Shown here one piece after another: positions 46,210 to 56,137 of a DNA stretch of 64,000 nucleotides. The stretch is taken from positions 71,614 to 135,613 of the forward strand of contig CAIYIS010000007.1 of the NCBI GenBank assembly GCA_903926385.1. Reading direction: 5' to 3'. How positions within the stretch are numbered: position 1 is the first letter of the stretch; the number at the start of each line of letters is the position of its first letter. This DNA comes from an uncultured Bacteroidota bacterium (GTDB taxonomy: Bacteria; Bacteroidota; Bacteroidia; 2-12-FULL-35-15). Under the pieces are notes generated by a model. That model had not been told where the DNA came from and did not search any database. It was given only the letters and a program-made list of their open reading frames with translations. Position numbers and translations under genes: made by a program.

Positions 46210-47466
46210 ATGGCAAAAGAAAAAGAAGACAAAGAAATTAAATGCTCTTTCTGCGGAAGAAGCAAGCAAGGAACAGATGTTTTGATAGCCGGTATTACGG
46301 GGCATATCTGTAATCATTGCGTTGCTCAGGCACAAACTATAGTTCGCGATGAAGTGAGTCAGCGTACCAATTCTTCTATGTATTCGGCTCTTCAATTACT
46401 CAAACCTCATGATATCAAAAAGCATCTGGATGAGTATGTAATAGGTCAGGATGAAGCAAAGAAAGTGCTTTCGGTAGCTGTTTACAACCATTACAAACGA
46501 TTGATGCAATCGCAAACCAAGACTACTCACAAGGACGATATAGAAATAGAAAAGTCGAATGTGATTATGATTGGCGAAACCGGTACTGGTAAAACGTTAT
46601 TGGCTCGTACCATTGCTAAAGTGCTCAATGTGCCTTTTTGTATTGCTGATGCTACTGTGCTAACAGAAGCAGGATATGTAGGAGAAGATGTGGAAAGTAT
46701 TTTATCGCGTTTGCTTCAGGCTGCCGATTTTGATGTAGCTGCAGCCGAAAGAGGAATAGTGTTTATTGATGAATTGGATAAAATTGCCCGCAAAGGAGAT
46801 AATCCTTCCATCACCAGAGATGTTTCGGGAGAGGGAGTTCAACAAGGTCTTTTAAAATTGCTCGAAGGGTCTATAGTGGGTGTGCCTCCTCAGGGCGGAC
46901 GTAAACATCCGGAACAAAAGATGATTCAGGTGAACACCAAAAATATTCTTTTTATTTGCGGAGGTGCATTCGATGGCATTACCCGTCATATAGGAAATAG
47001 ATTGAATACTCAAGCTATAGGTTATAGTCTTGACAAGGATGTAGAAAACATTGATAAAGAAAATTTGCTTCAGTATGTTTCGCCTCAGGATATCAAAAGT
47101 TTCGGACTCATACCCGAATTAATCGGTCGTTTACCGGTACTTACTTATCTTAATCCGTTGGATGCCGACACCCTGCTGAGAATATTAAGTGAGCCTAAAA
47201 ATGCATTGATAAAACAATACACTCATCTATTTGAAATGGATGGAGTGAAAATAAAGTTCGAAAAGGGGGTGCTGGATTACATTGTGGAGAAAGCAATGGA
47301 ATTTAAATTGGGAGCAAGAGGTTTGCGTTCCATCTGCGAAGCAATCATGATCGAACTGATGTACGATACACCTTCTAATCCATCGGTGAAGGAAATAAGC
47401 ATTACACTAAAATATGTAAAAGATAAATTGAAAAAATCATTAATCAACAAGCTGAAAGCCGCATAG
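46210..47466 (+). CDS. clpX: ATP-dependent Clp protease ATP-binding subunit ClpX
   Basis: C4 zinc finger CSFCGRS...CNHC, Walker A GETGTGKT, Walker B FIDELDKI. Confidence 0.92.
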   Translation: MAKEKEDKEIKCSFCGRSKQGTDVLIAGITGHICNHCVAQAQTIVRDEVSQRTNSSMYSALQLLKPHDIKKHLDEYVIGQDEAKKVLSVAVYNHYKRLMQSQTKTTHKDDIEIEKSNVIMIGETGTGKTLLARTIAKVLNVPFCIADATVLTEAGYVGEDVESILSRLLQAADFDVAAAERGIVFIDELDKIARKGDNPSITRDVSGEGVQQGLLKLLEGSIVGVPPQGGRKHPEQKMIQVNTKNILFICGGAFDGITRHIGNRLNTQAIGYSLDKDVENIDKENLLQYVSPQDIKSFGLIPELIGRLPVLTYLNPLDADTLLRILSEPKNALIKQYTHLFEMDGVKIKFEKGVLDYIVEKAMEFKLGARGLRSICEAIMIELMYDTPSNPSVKEISITLKYVKDKLKKSLINKLKAA

Positions 47467-47493
47467 GTTTTTGCTTTGATTAAATCGGAATCG

Positions 47494-47532
47494 AAAATCC
47501 TGCTTCGTGTTTGCGAGGCAGGATTTTTTTAT
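47494..47532 (+). terminator. rho-independent terminator after clpX
   Basis: AATCCTGC-ttcgtgtttgcga-GCAGGATT stem plus T7. Confidence 0.6.
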
Positions 47533-47652
47533 TCTATACTTTTCAACACCGCAAAATTTTGACACTTTAATATCTACTTTTACAAGCAAACTTAACGAAC
47601 GATTTAAGAGAGCTAAATTGTTAGAATCAACATTAAAAACTATTAAAATACA

Positions 47653-50600
47653 ATGAATTTTTCCCATCTTCATGTGCATACCCAATTTTCGCTGTTGGAT
47701 GGAGCAGCCGATATTTCTTCGCTTTACAAAAAAGCGGTAAACGATAATATGCGAGCTGTTGCTATTACCGATCATGGAAACATGTTTGGTGTATTCAAAT
47801 TTGTAGCAGAAGCCGGCAAACACAATACGCCCGAAAACCCTAATAAAATTAAACCCATTGTAGGTTGCGAATTTTATGTGGTAGATAACATGCATAAACG
47901 AGCCTTTACAAAGGATGATAAAGATGTGCGCTACCATCAGCTATTATTAGCCAAAGATGCCGAAGGATATAAAAACCTGGTTAAGCTTTGTTCCTATGGT
48001 TATATGGAAGGGTTGTACGGAAAATACCCGCGTATCGACAAAGAACTTATTCTGAAATATCATAAGGGCCTGATTGCAACAACCTGTTGTTTGGGAGCAT
48101 CTGTGCCTCGTGTTATATTGAGAAAAGGAGAGGATGAAGGTGAAAAGGAATTCAAATGGTGGCTGGATATTTTTGGTGAAGATTATTATGTAGAGTTGCA
48201 ACGACACAATATTCCAGAACAAAATACCGTGAATGAAGTATTGCTAAAACTTGCTAAAAAATATAATGTAAAAATAATTGCTTCTAACGATTCGCATTAT
48301 GTTGACCAAGAAGATTCCAATGCTCATGATATTTTGCTTTGCATAAATACTGGTGAGAAACAAAGTACACCAACCATGAAAGATTTTGGTGATGACGATT
48401 CTGTTTCTTCAAAAGGAAAACGTTTTGCTTTTTATAACAACGAATTTTATTTTAAGACAACAGCTGAAATGACTCAGCTTTTCAGCGACCTGCCTCAGGC
48501 CATTGATAACACCAATGAGATAGTAGATAAAATAACTCCGCTCAAACTAAAGCAGGATATCATGTTGCCCAATTATCAAATACCTGATGGTTTTGCCACT
48601 CAGGATGATTTTTTGTACGACATGACTTACAAAGGCGCGAAAGAACGTTACAAGGAAATTACACCTGAAGTAGATGAACGATTGAGATTCGAATTGTTTA
48701 CTATTAAAACAATGGGTTTTGCAGGTTACTTCCTTATTGTAGCCGATTTTATTAATCACGGAAAAGACATTGGTGTGTTTGTTGGGCCTGGTCGTGGTTC
48801 TGCTGCGGGTTCTGCGGTGGCTTATTGTATTGGAATAACCAACATCGACCCGATAAAATATAATTTACTATTCGAACGTTTCCTTAATCCCGACCGTAAA
48901 ACAATGCCCGATATTGATACGGATTTTGATGATGAAGGTCGTCAAAAGGTGATTGATTATGTGGTGGAGAAATACGGAAAGAATCAAGTTGCACAAATTG
49001 TAACCTATGGTACAATGGCTGCCAAAAGCAGTATTAAAGATGTTGCCCGTGTTATGGATTTACCATTGCAGGAATCGAATATGCTAGCCAAACTCGTACC
49101 CGACAAACCCGGCATTGAACTGGACAGAGTGATGAATGCTCCGCTTACAGGAGATGACAGTCTGGAAATGAAAGAAGGTTTGATGGCTGATGATATTGAA
49201 AATGTAAAGAAACTACGTGCCATAGCTGATGGAAATGATTTACAGGCAACCGTTCTGAGAGAAGCATTGGTGCTCGAAGGTTCTGTTCGCGGAACTGGTA
49301 TTCATGCTTCTGCTATTATCATTGCTCCAAAAGATTTAACGGATATTGTTCCTATATCGGCCTCCAAAGAAACCGAGTTGTTCATTACTCAGTACGATGG
49401 TAAAGTGATTGAAGATGCCGGTGTAATTAAGATGGATTTTTTGGGACTCAAAACACTAACTATCCTGAGAGATGCCTTGAGACTGATAAAGGAAAACCAT
49501 GGAGTGGAAATGGAGATAGATGATGTTCCGTTGGACGATGCTGCTACTTTCGAACTTTATCAAAAAGGAGATACCAATGGTACATTTCAGTTCGAAAGTG
49601 CCGGAATGCAGAAGCACTTGATTAATCTGAAACCGGATAAGTTTGCAGATTTAATTGCCATGAACGCATTGTATCGTCCCGGCCCTATTGAATACATCCC
49701 TAACTTTATTGCGCGTAAAAGCGGTAAGGAAGCCATTACATACGATTTGCCCGAAATGGAAGAATACCTTTCGGATACTTATGGTATCACGGTATATCAG
49801 GAGCAAGTCATGCTTCTATCGCAAAAGTTGGCAGGTTTTACAAAAGGTGATGCCGATATTTTGCGTAAAGCAATGGGAAAAAAAGACCGTGGCACACTGG
49901 ATAAAATGAAAAGCAAGTTTGTAGAAGGTGCCACTGCTAAAGGACATCCTATTGAAAAGCTTGAAAAGATATGGACTGATTGGGAAAAGTTTGCTCAATA
50001 TGCGTTTAATAAATCTCACTCTACTTGTTATGCATTTGTTGCATTTCAAACAGCTTATTTAAAAGCTCACTATCCTGGCGAATACATGTCGTCCGTGCTA
50101 ACTCACCATTTAAGTAATATTGATAAAATTACTTTCTTTATGGATGAGTGTAAACGTATGGGAGTGCCTGTACTCGGCCCGGATGTAAACGAAAGTCAAT
50201 ATCAGTTTTCGGTAAATAAAAACGGACAAATCCGTTTTGGAATGGGAGGAATAAAAGGGGTTGGAGAAAATGCCGTAATTGCAATAGTTAACGAGCGTAA
50301 AGAAAATGGCCCTTACAAAAATGTCTTCGATTTTGTTCGAAGAATAAATCTGAGAGCGGTAAACAAAAAGACATTAGAAAGTCTTGCTTATTCAGGTGGT
50401 TTGGATAGTTTCGGCATTCATCGTGCTACTTATTTCTTTACCGAGGGGAATGATAATTCCAATTTTCTGGAACGCGTTATTCGCTATGGTGGTTCACATC
50501 AGGAAGGGGTTAACTCGGCTCAGGTGTCGCTTTTTGGAGAAGAATCTTCAGCAGATATTCCTGAACCTAAAATACCCGTATGTGAAGAGTGGCATAAATT

Positions 50601-51249
50601 AATACAACTGAAAAACGAAAAAGATGTGGTTGGTTTCTTTATTTCAGGGCATCCTCTGGATACGTATAAACTGGAAATGGAAAACTTCTGCTTTCATTCG
50701 GTGAGTGATACAAAAAAACTTGAAGAAAATAAAAACAAAGAACTTGTGTTTGGAGGTATCGTTACTGCCGTTCACAACGGTGTTACCAAAACCGGAAATC
50801 CCTGGGGGAAAATAACACTCGAAGATTATCGCGAATCGGCCGAACTGGCTTTCTTTGGTGAGGATTATGTAAAGTTCAAGCAATATATGGTTAATGGATT
50901 GTTTCTATACATCAAAGGTAAAGTACAAGAACGATTCAGACAGGCAGATAATTTAGAATTTAAAGCAAGTAATATTCAACTGTTATCTGAACTGCGAGAT
51001 AAACTTGCCAAAACCATTACCATTAATGTTGGTTTGTCCGAATTGAATGATGATTTTATTTTAAAAGTAGAAGAGATACTTAGCGAAAATGCAAACGTAC
51101 AACCCCGCAACTGTTTGTTGCGTTTCCGTGTGATAGATGCGGAAGAAAATATTTCTGTTTTTCTGCCGTCAAAAAAAATAAAAGTGAATCCTAATAATGA
51201 GCTGTTAGAAATGTTAGAAGTCAATCATCTTACTTATTCTTTGAATTAA
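47653..51249 (+). CDS. dnaE: DNA polymerase III alpha subunit
   Basis: N-terminal PHP domain (HLHVHTQFSLLDGA), polymerase core motifs (PDIDTDF, GLLKMDFLGLKTL), C-terminal OB region. Confidence 0.92.
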   Translation: MNFSHLHVHTQFSLLDGAADISSLYKKAVNDNMRAVAITDHGNMFGVFKFVAEAGKHNTPENPNKIKPIVGCEFYVVDNMHKRAFTKDDKDVRYHQLLLAKDAEGYKNLVKLCSYGYMEGLYGKYPRIDKELILKYHKGLIATTCCLGASVPRVILRKGEDEGEKEFKWWLDIFGEDYYVELQRHNIPEQNTVNEVLLKLAKKYNVKIIASNDSHYVDQEDSNAHDILLCINTGEKQSTPTMKDFGDDDSVSSKGKRFAFYNNEFYFKTTAEMTQLFSDLPQAIDNTNEIVDKITPLKLKQDIMLPNYQIPDGFATQDDFLYDMTYKGAKERYKEITPEVDERLRFELFTIKTMGFAGYFLIVADFINHGKDIGVFVGPGRGSAAGSAVAYCIGITNIDPIKYNLLFERFLNPDRKTMPDIDTDFDDEGRQKVIDYVVEKYGKNQVAQIVTYGTMAAKSSIKDVARVMDLPLQESNMLAKLVPDKPGIELDRVMNAPLTGDDSLEMKEGLMADDIENVKKLRAIADGNDLQATVLREALVLEGSVRGTGIHASAIIIAPKDLTDIVPISASKETELFITQYDGKVIEDAGVIKMDFLGLKTLTILRDALRLIKENHGVEMEIDDVPLDDAATFELYQKGDTNGTFQFESAGMQKHLINLKPDKFADLIAMNALYRPGPIEYIPNFIARKSGKEAITYDLPEMEEYLSDTYGITVYQEQVMLLSQKLAGFTKGDADILRKAMGKKDRGTLDKMKSKFVEGATAKGHPIEKLEKIWTDWEKFAQYAFNKSHSTCYAFVAFQTAYLKAHYPGEYMSSVLTHHLSNIDKITFFMDECKRMGVPVLGPDVNESQYQFSVNKNGQIRFGMGGIKGVGENAVIAIVNERKENGPYKNVFDFVRRINLRAVNKKTLESLAYSGGLDSFGIHRATYFFTEGNDNSNFLERVIRYGGSHQEGVNSAQVSLFGEESSADIPEPKIPVCEEWHKLIQLKNEKDVVGFFISGHPLDTYKLEMENFCFHSVSDTKKLEENKNKELVFGGIVTAVHNGVTKTGNPWGKITLEDYRESAELAFFGEDYVKFKQYMVNGLFLYIKGKVQERFRQADNLEFKASNIQLLSELRDKLAKTITINVGLSELNDDFILKVEEILSENANVQPRNCLLRFRVIDAEENISVFLPSKKIKVNPNNELLEMLEVNHLTYSLN

Positions 51250-51310
51250 TGTCTGACAGAAGTCACACTTGTTGCGATTCATATTTTATAAATTTGCCGG
51301 GTTTTAAAAA

Positions 51311-52063
51311 ATGAATACAGACGCAATAATTGAAATAAAGAATTTAGTGAAGTCGTTTAAAGGCTCATCATCGCCTGCTGTTAACGATGTTTCATTTACC
51401 ATTAGTCGGAATGAAATCTTTGGTTTGCTAGGCCCAAACGGTGCAGGGAAGACAACTACTATTTCTATTTTATGCGGATTATTCCCCCCTACAAGAGGCC
51501 ATGTTTTAATTGATGGGAAAGATTTAAACGGAGATTTGGATACTATCAAACAAATAGTGGGAGTAGTTCCTCAGGACTTGGCGCTTTATCCTACACTCAC
51601 TGCCCGCGAAAATCTTAGTTTTTATGGACACATGTATGGACTAAGCGGAAAAACACTGAAAGATAAAATCAGTATGTGGCTTGATAATTTCGGGTTAACC
51701 GAGGCGGCCAACAGGCGAGTGTCCACTTTTTCGGGAGGAATGAAACGAAGAGTAAATTTGATTGCCGGAATATTACACAGTCCTAAGATTTTGTTTTTAG
51801 ATGAACCTACAGTGGGGGTGGATGTGCAATCGCGTAATGTGATTATTGAATATTTAAAACAACTGAATCAAACCGGGACTACTATTATTTATACATCACA
51901 TCACATGGACGAAGCAGAGCACTTTTGTACTCAGGTTGCCATTATCGATCATGGAAAAATAATAATTGAAGGAAGTCCTAAAAAATTAATTTCGGATAAT
52001 GCCGGATGCGAGAATCTGGAATCTGTTTTCCTTAAACTAACTAACCGAGCTTTGCGCGATTAA
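51311..52063 (+). CDS. ABC transporter ATP-binding protein (ABC-2 type)
   Basis: Walker A GPNGAGKTT, signature FSGGMKRR, Walker B ILFLDEPT, H-loop. Confidence 0.85.
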   Translation: MNTDAIIEIKNLVKSFKGSSSPAVNDVSFTISRNEIFGLLGPNGAGKTTTISILCGLFPPTRGHVLIDGKDLNGDLDTIKQIVGVVPQDLALYPTLTARENLSFYGHMYGLSGKTLKDKISMWLDNFGLTEAANRRVSTFSGGMKRRVNLIAGILHSPKILFLDEPTVGVDVQSRNVIIEYLKQLNQTGTTIIYTSHHMDEAEHFCTQVAIIDHGKIIIEGSPKKLISDNAGCENLESVFLKLTNRALRD

Positions 52064-52072
52064 TCGATACGT

Positions 52073-53368
52073 ATGTTTAAAAAGTTATTAGCAGCAATAA
52101 AAAAAGAAGCACTAATTCTATTACGAGATAGAGTAGGGCTTGCTATTTTATTTCTGATGCCAATGATTCTGATTTTTGTAATGACACTTATTCAGGATTC
52201 AGCTTTTAAAACTTTAAATGAAAAAGGCATTCCTGTTTTATTTGTTGATGACGACAAAGATTCGTTGGGTGTAGATATCGAAAGGGGATTGCGTAAATCG
52301 GAATTGTGTTCGTTTCACGATTCTATAAACGGAAAACCTGCCACTGCCGATATAGTTAAACAAGCAGTAGCAGACGGAAAGTTTCTGGTGGGGATTGTAG
52401 TTCCTAAAGGAGCTACCAAAGCCATAAAGAAAAATGTGGCTTGGTTAGTTCAGCAAACATTAAGTGTGGATTCTGTGTCCGAAAAAAGCAAACATCTAAA
52501 ATTCGATTCGGTAGAAATTGCCATCTATATTGACCCTATTACCAAAAAGTCTTTTATAAATTCGGTAACCAGCAGCCTTCATGAATTTATTTCGAACATA
52601 AAAACAAAGATTATGTTTCGTTCGTTTTCGAGCGAACTCGATGCTCTGATTCCGGACAAAAAGCCAACTCCTGATAATGTATTCGGACAAACTCAGATTA
52701 TTAAATATAAAGAAGAGTATGCTTCAAAAAGCATAGGTGAAATAGTGCCAAATGCAGTTCAGCATAATGTTCCGGCCTGGACTATTTTTGCAATGTTTTT
52801 TATTGTTCTTCCATTAGCTGGTAGTATGGTGAAAGAAAAAAATGAAGGCAGTATATTTAGGTTGCACACCATGCCGAGTTCTTTTCTTATCCTCATCAAC
52901 GGAAAAATAATTGTGTATGTTTTTGTTTGTCTAATTCAGTTTGTGCTGATGTTGTCAGTAGGGCTGGTGTTTTTACCTATGCTTGGACTCCCCACATTGA
53001 TAATGGGACAGAGTTTGGCCGGGATCATTATCATTACTATTGCTACATCGTTTGCTGCTACAGGTTATGGTGTAATGGTTGGAACCATTGCGACAACAGA
53101 ACAGCAAGGGGCCATAGTGGGTTCGCTTTCTATTCTTCTTTTGTCAGCTATTGGAGGAGTGTGGGTTCCTACTTATGTAATGCCCGAAGTAATGCGAAAC
53201 ATCAGTGTAGTTTCTCCCCTCAACTGGTCGCTTGAAGGATTTTATGACTTGTTTCTTCGCAACGGAACAGTGAGTACCATCATTCCTCAGGCAATAAAAT
53301 TGATTGTTTTCTTTTTTATCACTATGGCTGTTGCGTCATTTGTAAACCGTATGAAACGAAAAATTTAA
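52073..53368 (+). CDS. ABC-2 family transporter permease
   Basis: N-terminal TM helix, a large extracytoplasmic loop, then five further TM helices; it follows the ATPase after a 9-bp gap. Confidence 0.7.
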   Translation: MFKKLLAAIKKEALILLRDRVGLAILFLMPMILIFVMTLIQDSAFKTLNEKGIPVLFVDDDKDSLGVDIERGLRKSELCSFHDSINGKPATADIVKQAVADGKFLVGIVVPKGATKAIKKNVAWLVQQTLSVDSVSEKSKHLKFDSVEIAIYIDPITKKSFINSVTSSLHEFISNIKTKIMFRSFSSELDALIPDKKPTPDNVFGQTQIIKYKEEYASKSIGEIVPNAVQHNVPAWTIFAMFFIVLPLAGSMVKEKNEGSIFRLHTMPSSFLILINGKIIVYVFVCLIQFVLMLSVGLVFLPMLGLPTLIMGQSLAGIIIITIATSFAATGYGVMVGTIATTEQQGAIVGSLSILLLSAIGGVWVPTYVMPEVMRNISVVSPLNWSLEGFYDLFLRNGTVSTIIPQAIKLIVFFFITMAVASFVNRMKRKI

Positions 53369-53435
53369 TTCAACTTCCTCTTTCCTAAAAAAAGGACTGA
53401 GAAATTAGATAAGAAAATAGAATAGGATAATATAA

Positions 53436-53470
53436 AAGGCCTCCCCCAAAAAGAGAGGCCTTTATTTTTA
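53436..53470. terminator. bidirectional hairpin terminator between convergent genes
   Basis: AAAGGCCTC-ccccaaaaaga-GAGGCCTTT stem flanked by A/T runs. Confidence 0.55.
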
Positions 53471-54673
53471 ATAGGCGTAATCGCTTAGGTATTCAAAAGG
53501 GGTATTTAATTTACCATCTATGCAAATGGATGCTCTGTTTATTACGTTGTCAGGGTCTTCGTTTATCAAACAAGGTAATACTCGTTCCATTAAATCTTTT
53601 CCAAAATCATCGCTTGAATCGCGAGGTAATTCACAAGGTAAATTATCTACTGCCATAATACAAACGGTATGTTTGTTAAATGGCAAATCTTCTTTGTCCT
53701 GTTTAATATTGTATCCGTAAAACGGATCAGCAATAGTACTCGAACGAATAGTGGTAGGTACGGAACCATTCATGTCGCAGGTAATATCTGCAATAACACT
53801 AATTCTGAAATCGTTTTCTTTTGTATCAGAAAGCTCAAACATACGAGGAGCTTTGGGGTCCCAGTAGTGCGATGAAATAAATATATCCGTCACCTTGGTA
53901 TACTGTCGGAAAATAGATTTAAAATGTTCAGGATGCTGAAAAAAGTCGTGCAGGTCGAAATTATGGTCATCCACACGTTCCACATAATCTCTCGGGTTTA
54001 GTTGACAATACACAGGTTCGCGGAAAGATGCCATAAGAAATTCTTCGGGAGTAACCTTGCGAATACGCAAAGCGCTTAAGGTTTCTATCACACCGTTAGC
54101 CACTCGTCCACCACCGGTAAGTGCTATTTTGATATTAGGTAATTTGGCACGTTTTAATTCTTCTTCCATTTCAGCACGGTCTCTGCAAATATTGGCAGGC
54201 TTAAGCTGGAACAAATCGTATTTTTTACCATAACCTAATATTCCGTTGTAAGCCCCTACAATGCCAGCATAACGACCAAAGCCGATAATACGATTGTTGT
54301 TTTTGTCTGTCAGCGTTTCGTAATCGATCATCTGAATTTTCTTTTCAATAAAAGCTTTCATCAGTTTCTGATTATGCGCTTGTTTTTTGATAGTATGCGA
54401 AAAGAAAAAGTATTTTTTCCCTGGAATCAACAAGTCTTTTGGCACCTCTTTAACTCCCATCAATATATCGCAGCCGCTTAGATCTTCTTTAAGCATCACC
54501 CCAAATGCCGTGTATTCGCTGTCGGCATAACATCTTATTTTGCTGGGTTGCACAAATATTTTAATAGAAGGATAAGTGCGCATTAACTCTGCACAGATTA
54601 ATGGAGTTAAGGGAACACGTTTATCAGGAGGATTCTTTTCTTCGCGTAGTACGCCAATTCTTAGTTTGTTCAT
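53468..54673 (-). CDS. NAD(P)-dependent dehydrogenase of the alanine dehydrogenase/PNT family (saccharopine/alanine dehydrogenase-like)
   Basis: N-terminal LREEKNPPDKRVPLTP and Rossmann ALTGGGRVANGV; about 400 aa. The specific substrate cannot be inferred. Confidence 0.5.
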   Translation of the reverse strand: MNKLRIGVLREEKNPPDKRVPLTPLICAELMRTYPSIKIFVQPSKIRCYADSEYTAFGVMLKEDLSGCDILMGVKEVPKDLLIPGKKYFFFSHTIKKQAHNQKLMKAFIEKKIQMIDYETLTDKNNNRIIGFGRYAGIVGAYNGILGYGKKYDLFQLKPANICRDRAEMEEELKRAKLPNIKIALTGGGRVANGVIETLSALRIRKVTPEEFLMASFREPVYCQLNPRDYVERVDDHNFDLHDFFQHPEHFKSIFRQYTKVTDIFISSHYWDPKAPRMFELSDTKENDFRISVIADITCDMNGSVPTTIRSSTIADPFYGYNIKQDKEDLPFNKHTVCIMAVDNLPCELPRDSSDDFGKDLMERVLPCLINEDPDNVINRASICIDGKLNTPFEYLSDYAY

Positions 54674-54689
54674 TTTATTACAATTTTAG

Positions 54690-54715
54690 GGGTGCAAAGA
54701 TAGTTTTAATTAGGA
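54690..54715 (-). promoter_or_regulatory. putative promoter (-7 TATCTTTG followed by GCACCCC) for the dehydrogenase gene
   Basis: The minus strand reads AAAACTATCTTTGCACCCCTAAAA, the same TTTGCACCCC context as upstream of hppA. Confidence 0.3.
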
Positions 54716-54869
54716 AAGGAGAACCTAATAGAGGGTGATATGCAGTATTGCAATTTTGCAAAATTCTTATATATGAAGAGTTATTCTCTTTTTTTAGTCT
54801 TAAAATTAATTTGCTTTAAATAAGGGTGCGATATTTGCGTATCTTTGCGCTCAGTTCTTTTAAACAATA

Positions 54870-55232
54870 GGGGTCGTACGGTTTTGACAGCGAGTGCGAT
54901 TTTTATGTAAGCATGTCGTGTGTTGTGAATATGACACGTAAATACTAATTCTCAAATTTCTATATGGCGAGTCTAACTACGCTATGGCTGCTTAATACCA
55001 AGTATTAAGTGCCTTTGTTTCCGGAGAAGCTCTGATCTTCTGCGTCTCCAGCGAAGCATCATAAACGAAGAAATAGTTGCGAAGAACTTCGATTCGCAAT
55101 GAGATAAAGAAGATAAGTAAACCTGTTGGCCTGCAAACTTGCCTAAGTTTAACGAAAATCAAAAGTAAGCTACACATGTAGAAAGCATATTAATTCCTTG
55201 TTTGGACGAGGGTTCGAATCCCTCCGACTCCA
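54870..55232 (+). ncRNA. ssrA: transfer-messenger RNA (tmRNA); tag peptide G-E-S-N-Y-A-M-A-A-stop
   Basis: The 5' end GGGGTCGTACGGTTTTGAC pairs with the 3' end CGACTCC-A. Internal tag ORF GGCGAGTCTAACTACGCTATGGCTGCTTAA; 3' tRNA-like T-arm GGACGAGGGTTCGAATCCCTCC. About 363 nt. Confidence 0.85.
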
Positions 55233-55295
55233 CTCCATGGGAAGGTTACATAAGTAGCCTTCCCTTTTTTGTTTCACCTGTAAGCGCTCTAATTC

Positions 55296-55700
55296 CTAAG
55301 ATTTCATTGCTATCACTTCTTTGAGCAAAGCGATGTCATTTTTTAGTTTTTCATTCTCTTTTTCCAATTCTTGCACTCGTGTGGTGAGTTCATTGCTTGC
55401 ATGTGGGCCAAATTCGGCTGGTAAAGTATCGGCAATTTCTCTGATGAAATTATACTTCAAAATCTGGCAAACATCGTATAGTGTACCCAACGGCAGCACC
55501 GGCTTTTTGAAAAAACCGGCAATGGTGGATGGTTTCATCCCCTGCATCCTTGCCCATCCCGATTGATAAAGCCTGTGATCTTTTACATATTTTCTTAGCA
55601 TTTCACCTACATGAGGCGGCTTGGCTCCGTTAAACGGTGTACGTTTGGTTGATGTTCGCGACATTTTTTTAATTAGTTTAGTTATCGTTTCTGACGGCAA
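55296..55700 (-). CDS. hypothetical small DNA-binding-like protein (putative HTH plus C-terminal leucine-zipper-like coiled coil)
   Basis: 134 aa, with a basic N-terminus, an HTH-like segment GEMLRKYVKDHRLYQSGWARMQGMKPSTIAG, and a C-terminal coiled coil ELEKENEKLKNDIALLKEVIAM. It lies directly 3' of ssrA. Confidence 0.4.
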   Translation of the reverse strand: MPSETITKLIKKMSRTSTKRTPFNGAKPPHVGEMLRKYVKDHRLYQSGWARMQGMKPSTIAGFFKKPVLPLGTLYDVCQILKYNFIREIADTLPAEFGPHASNELTTRVQELEKENEKLKNDIALLKEVIAMKS

Positions 55701-55719
55701 ATATACAAATTTAGAATTA

Positions 55720-55990
55720 GTGATACTTATAGTAGGTAATATAATTACTTTATAAGGGTAATTATATTTATTATATTAGGTAAATATTAATCTTTATATT
55801 GGTAATTATATTACTCAAAATTGGTAAAAGAATATATTTAAGTAGGTAATACGATTACTTAAAGTAAGTAATTATATTACTTATTAATAGTAATATGTTT
55901 ACCTTTATAAGGTAAGTATATTGCCTTTTATAATGAAATGAATTACTTTTTTTAGGTAAATGTATTCCTTATTATAGGGAATAATTAAAT
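55720..55990. repeat. AT-rich array of about 11 copies of a ~22-bp unit containing the palindrome GTAAT-n3-ATTAC
   Basis: Units GGTAATTATATTAC.., GGTAATACGATTAC.., AGTAATTATATTAC.. about 22 bp apart; half-sites GTAAT/ATTAC are exact reverse complements. It sits in the promoter region of the 55296-55700 gene. Confidence 0.7.
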
Positions 55991-56137
55991 TATAAAACTA
56001 TATTAGAGCTTAAGGGAATAATTATTCTAATAAGAATAGAGAGAAATTTAAAAAAGTGTATTAAATTAATGGATAACTCCTACTTGATGTACCCCCCTAA
56101 AGTGAGATGAAGTGATTCTGCTTCTAAAATAGGTTGG

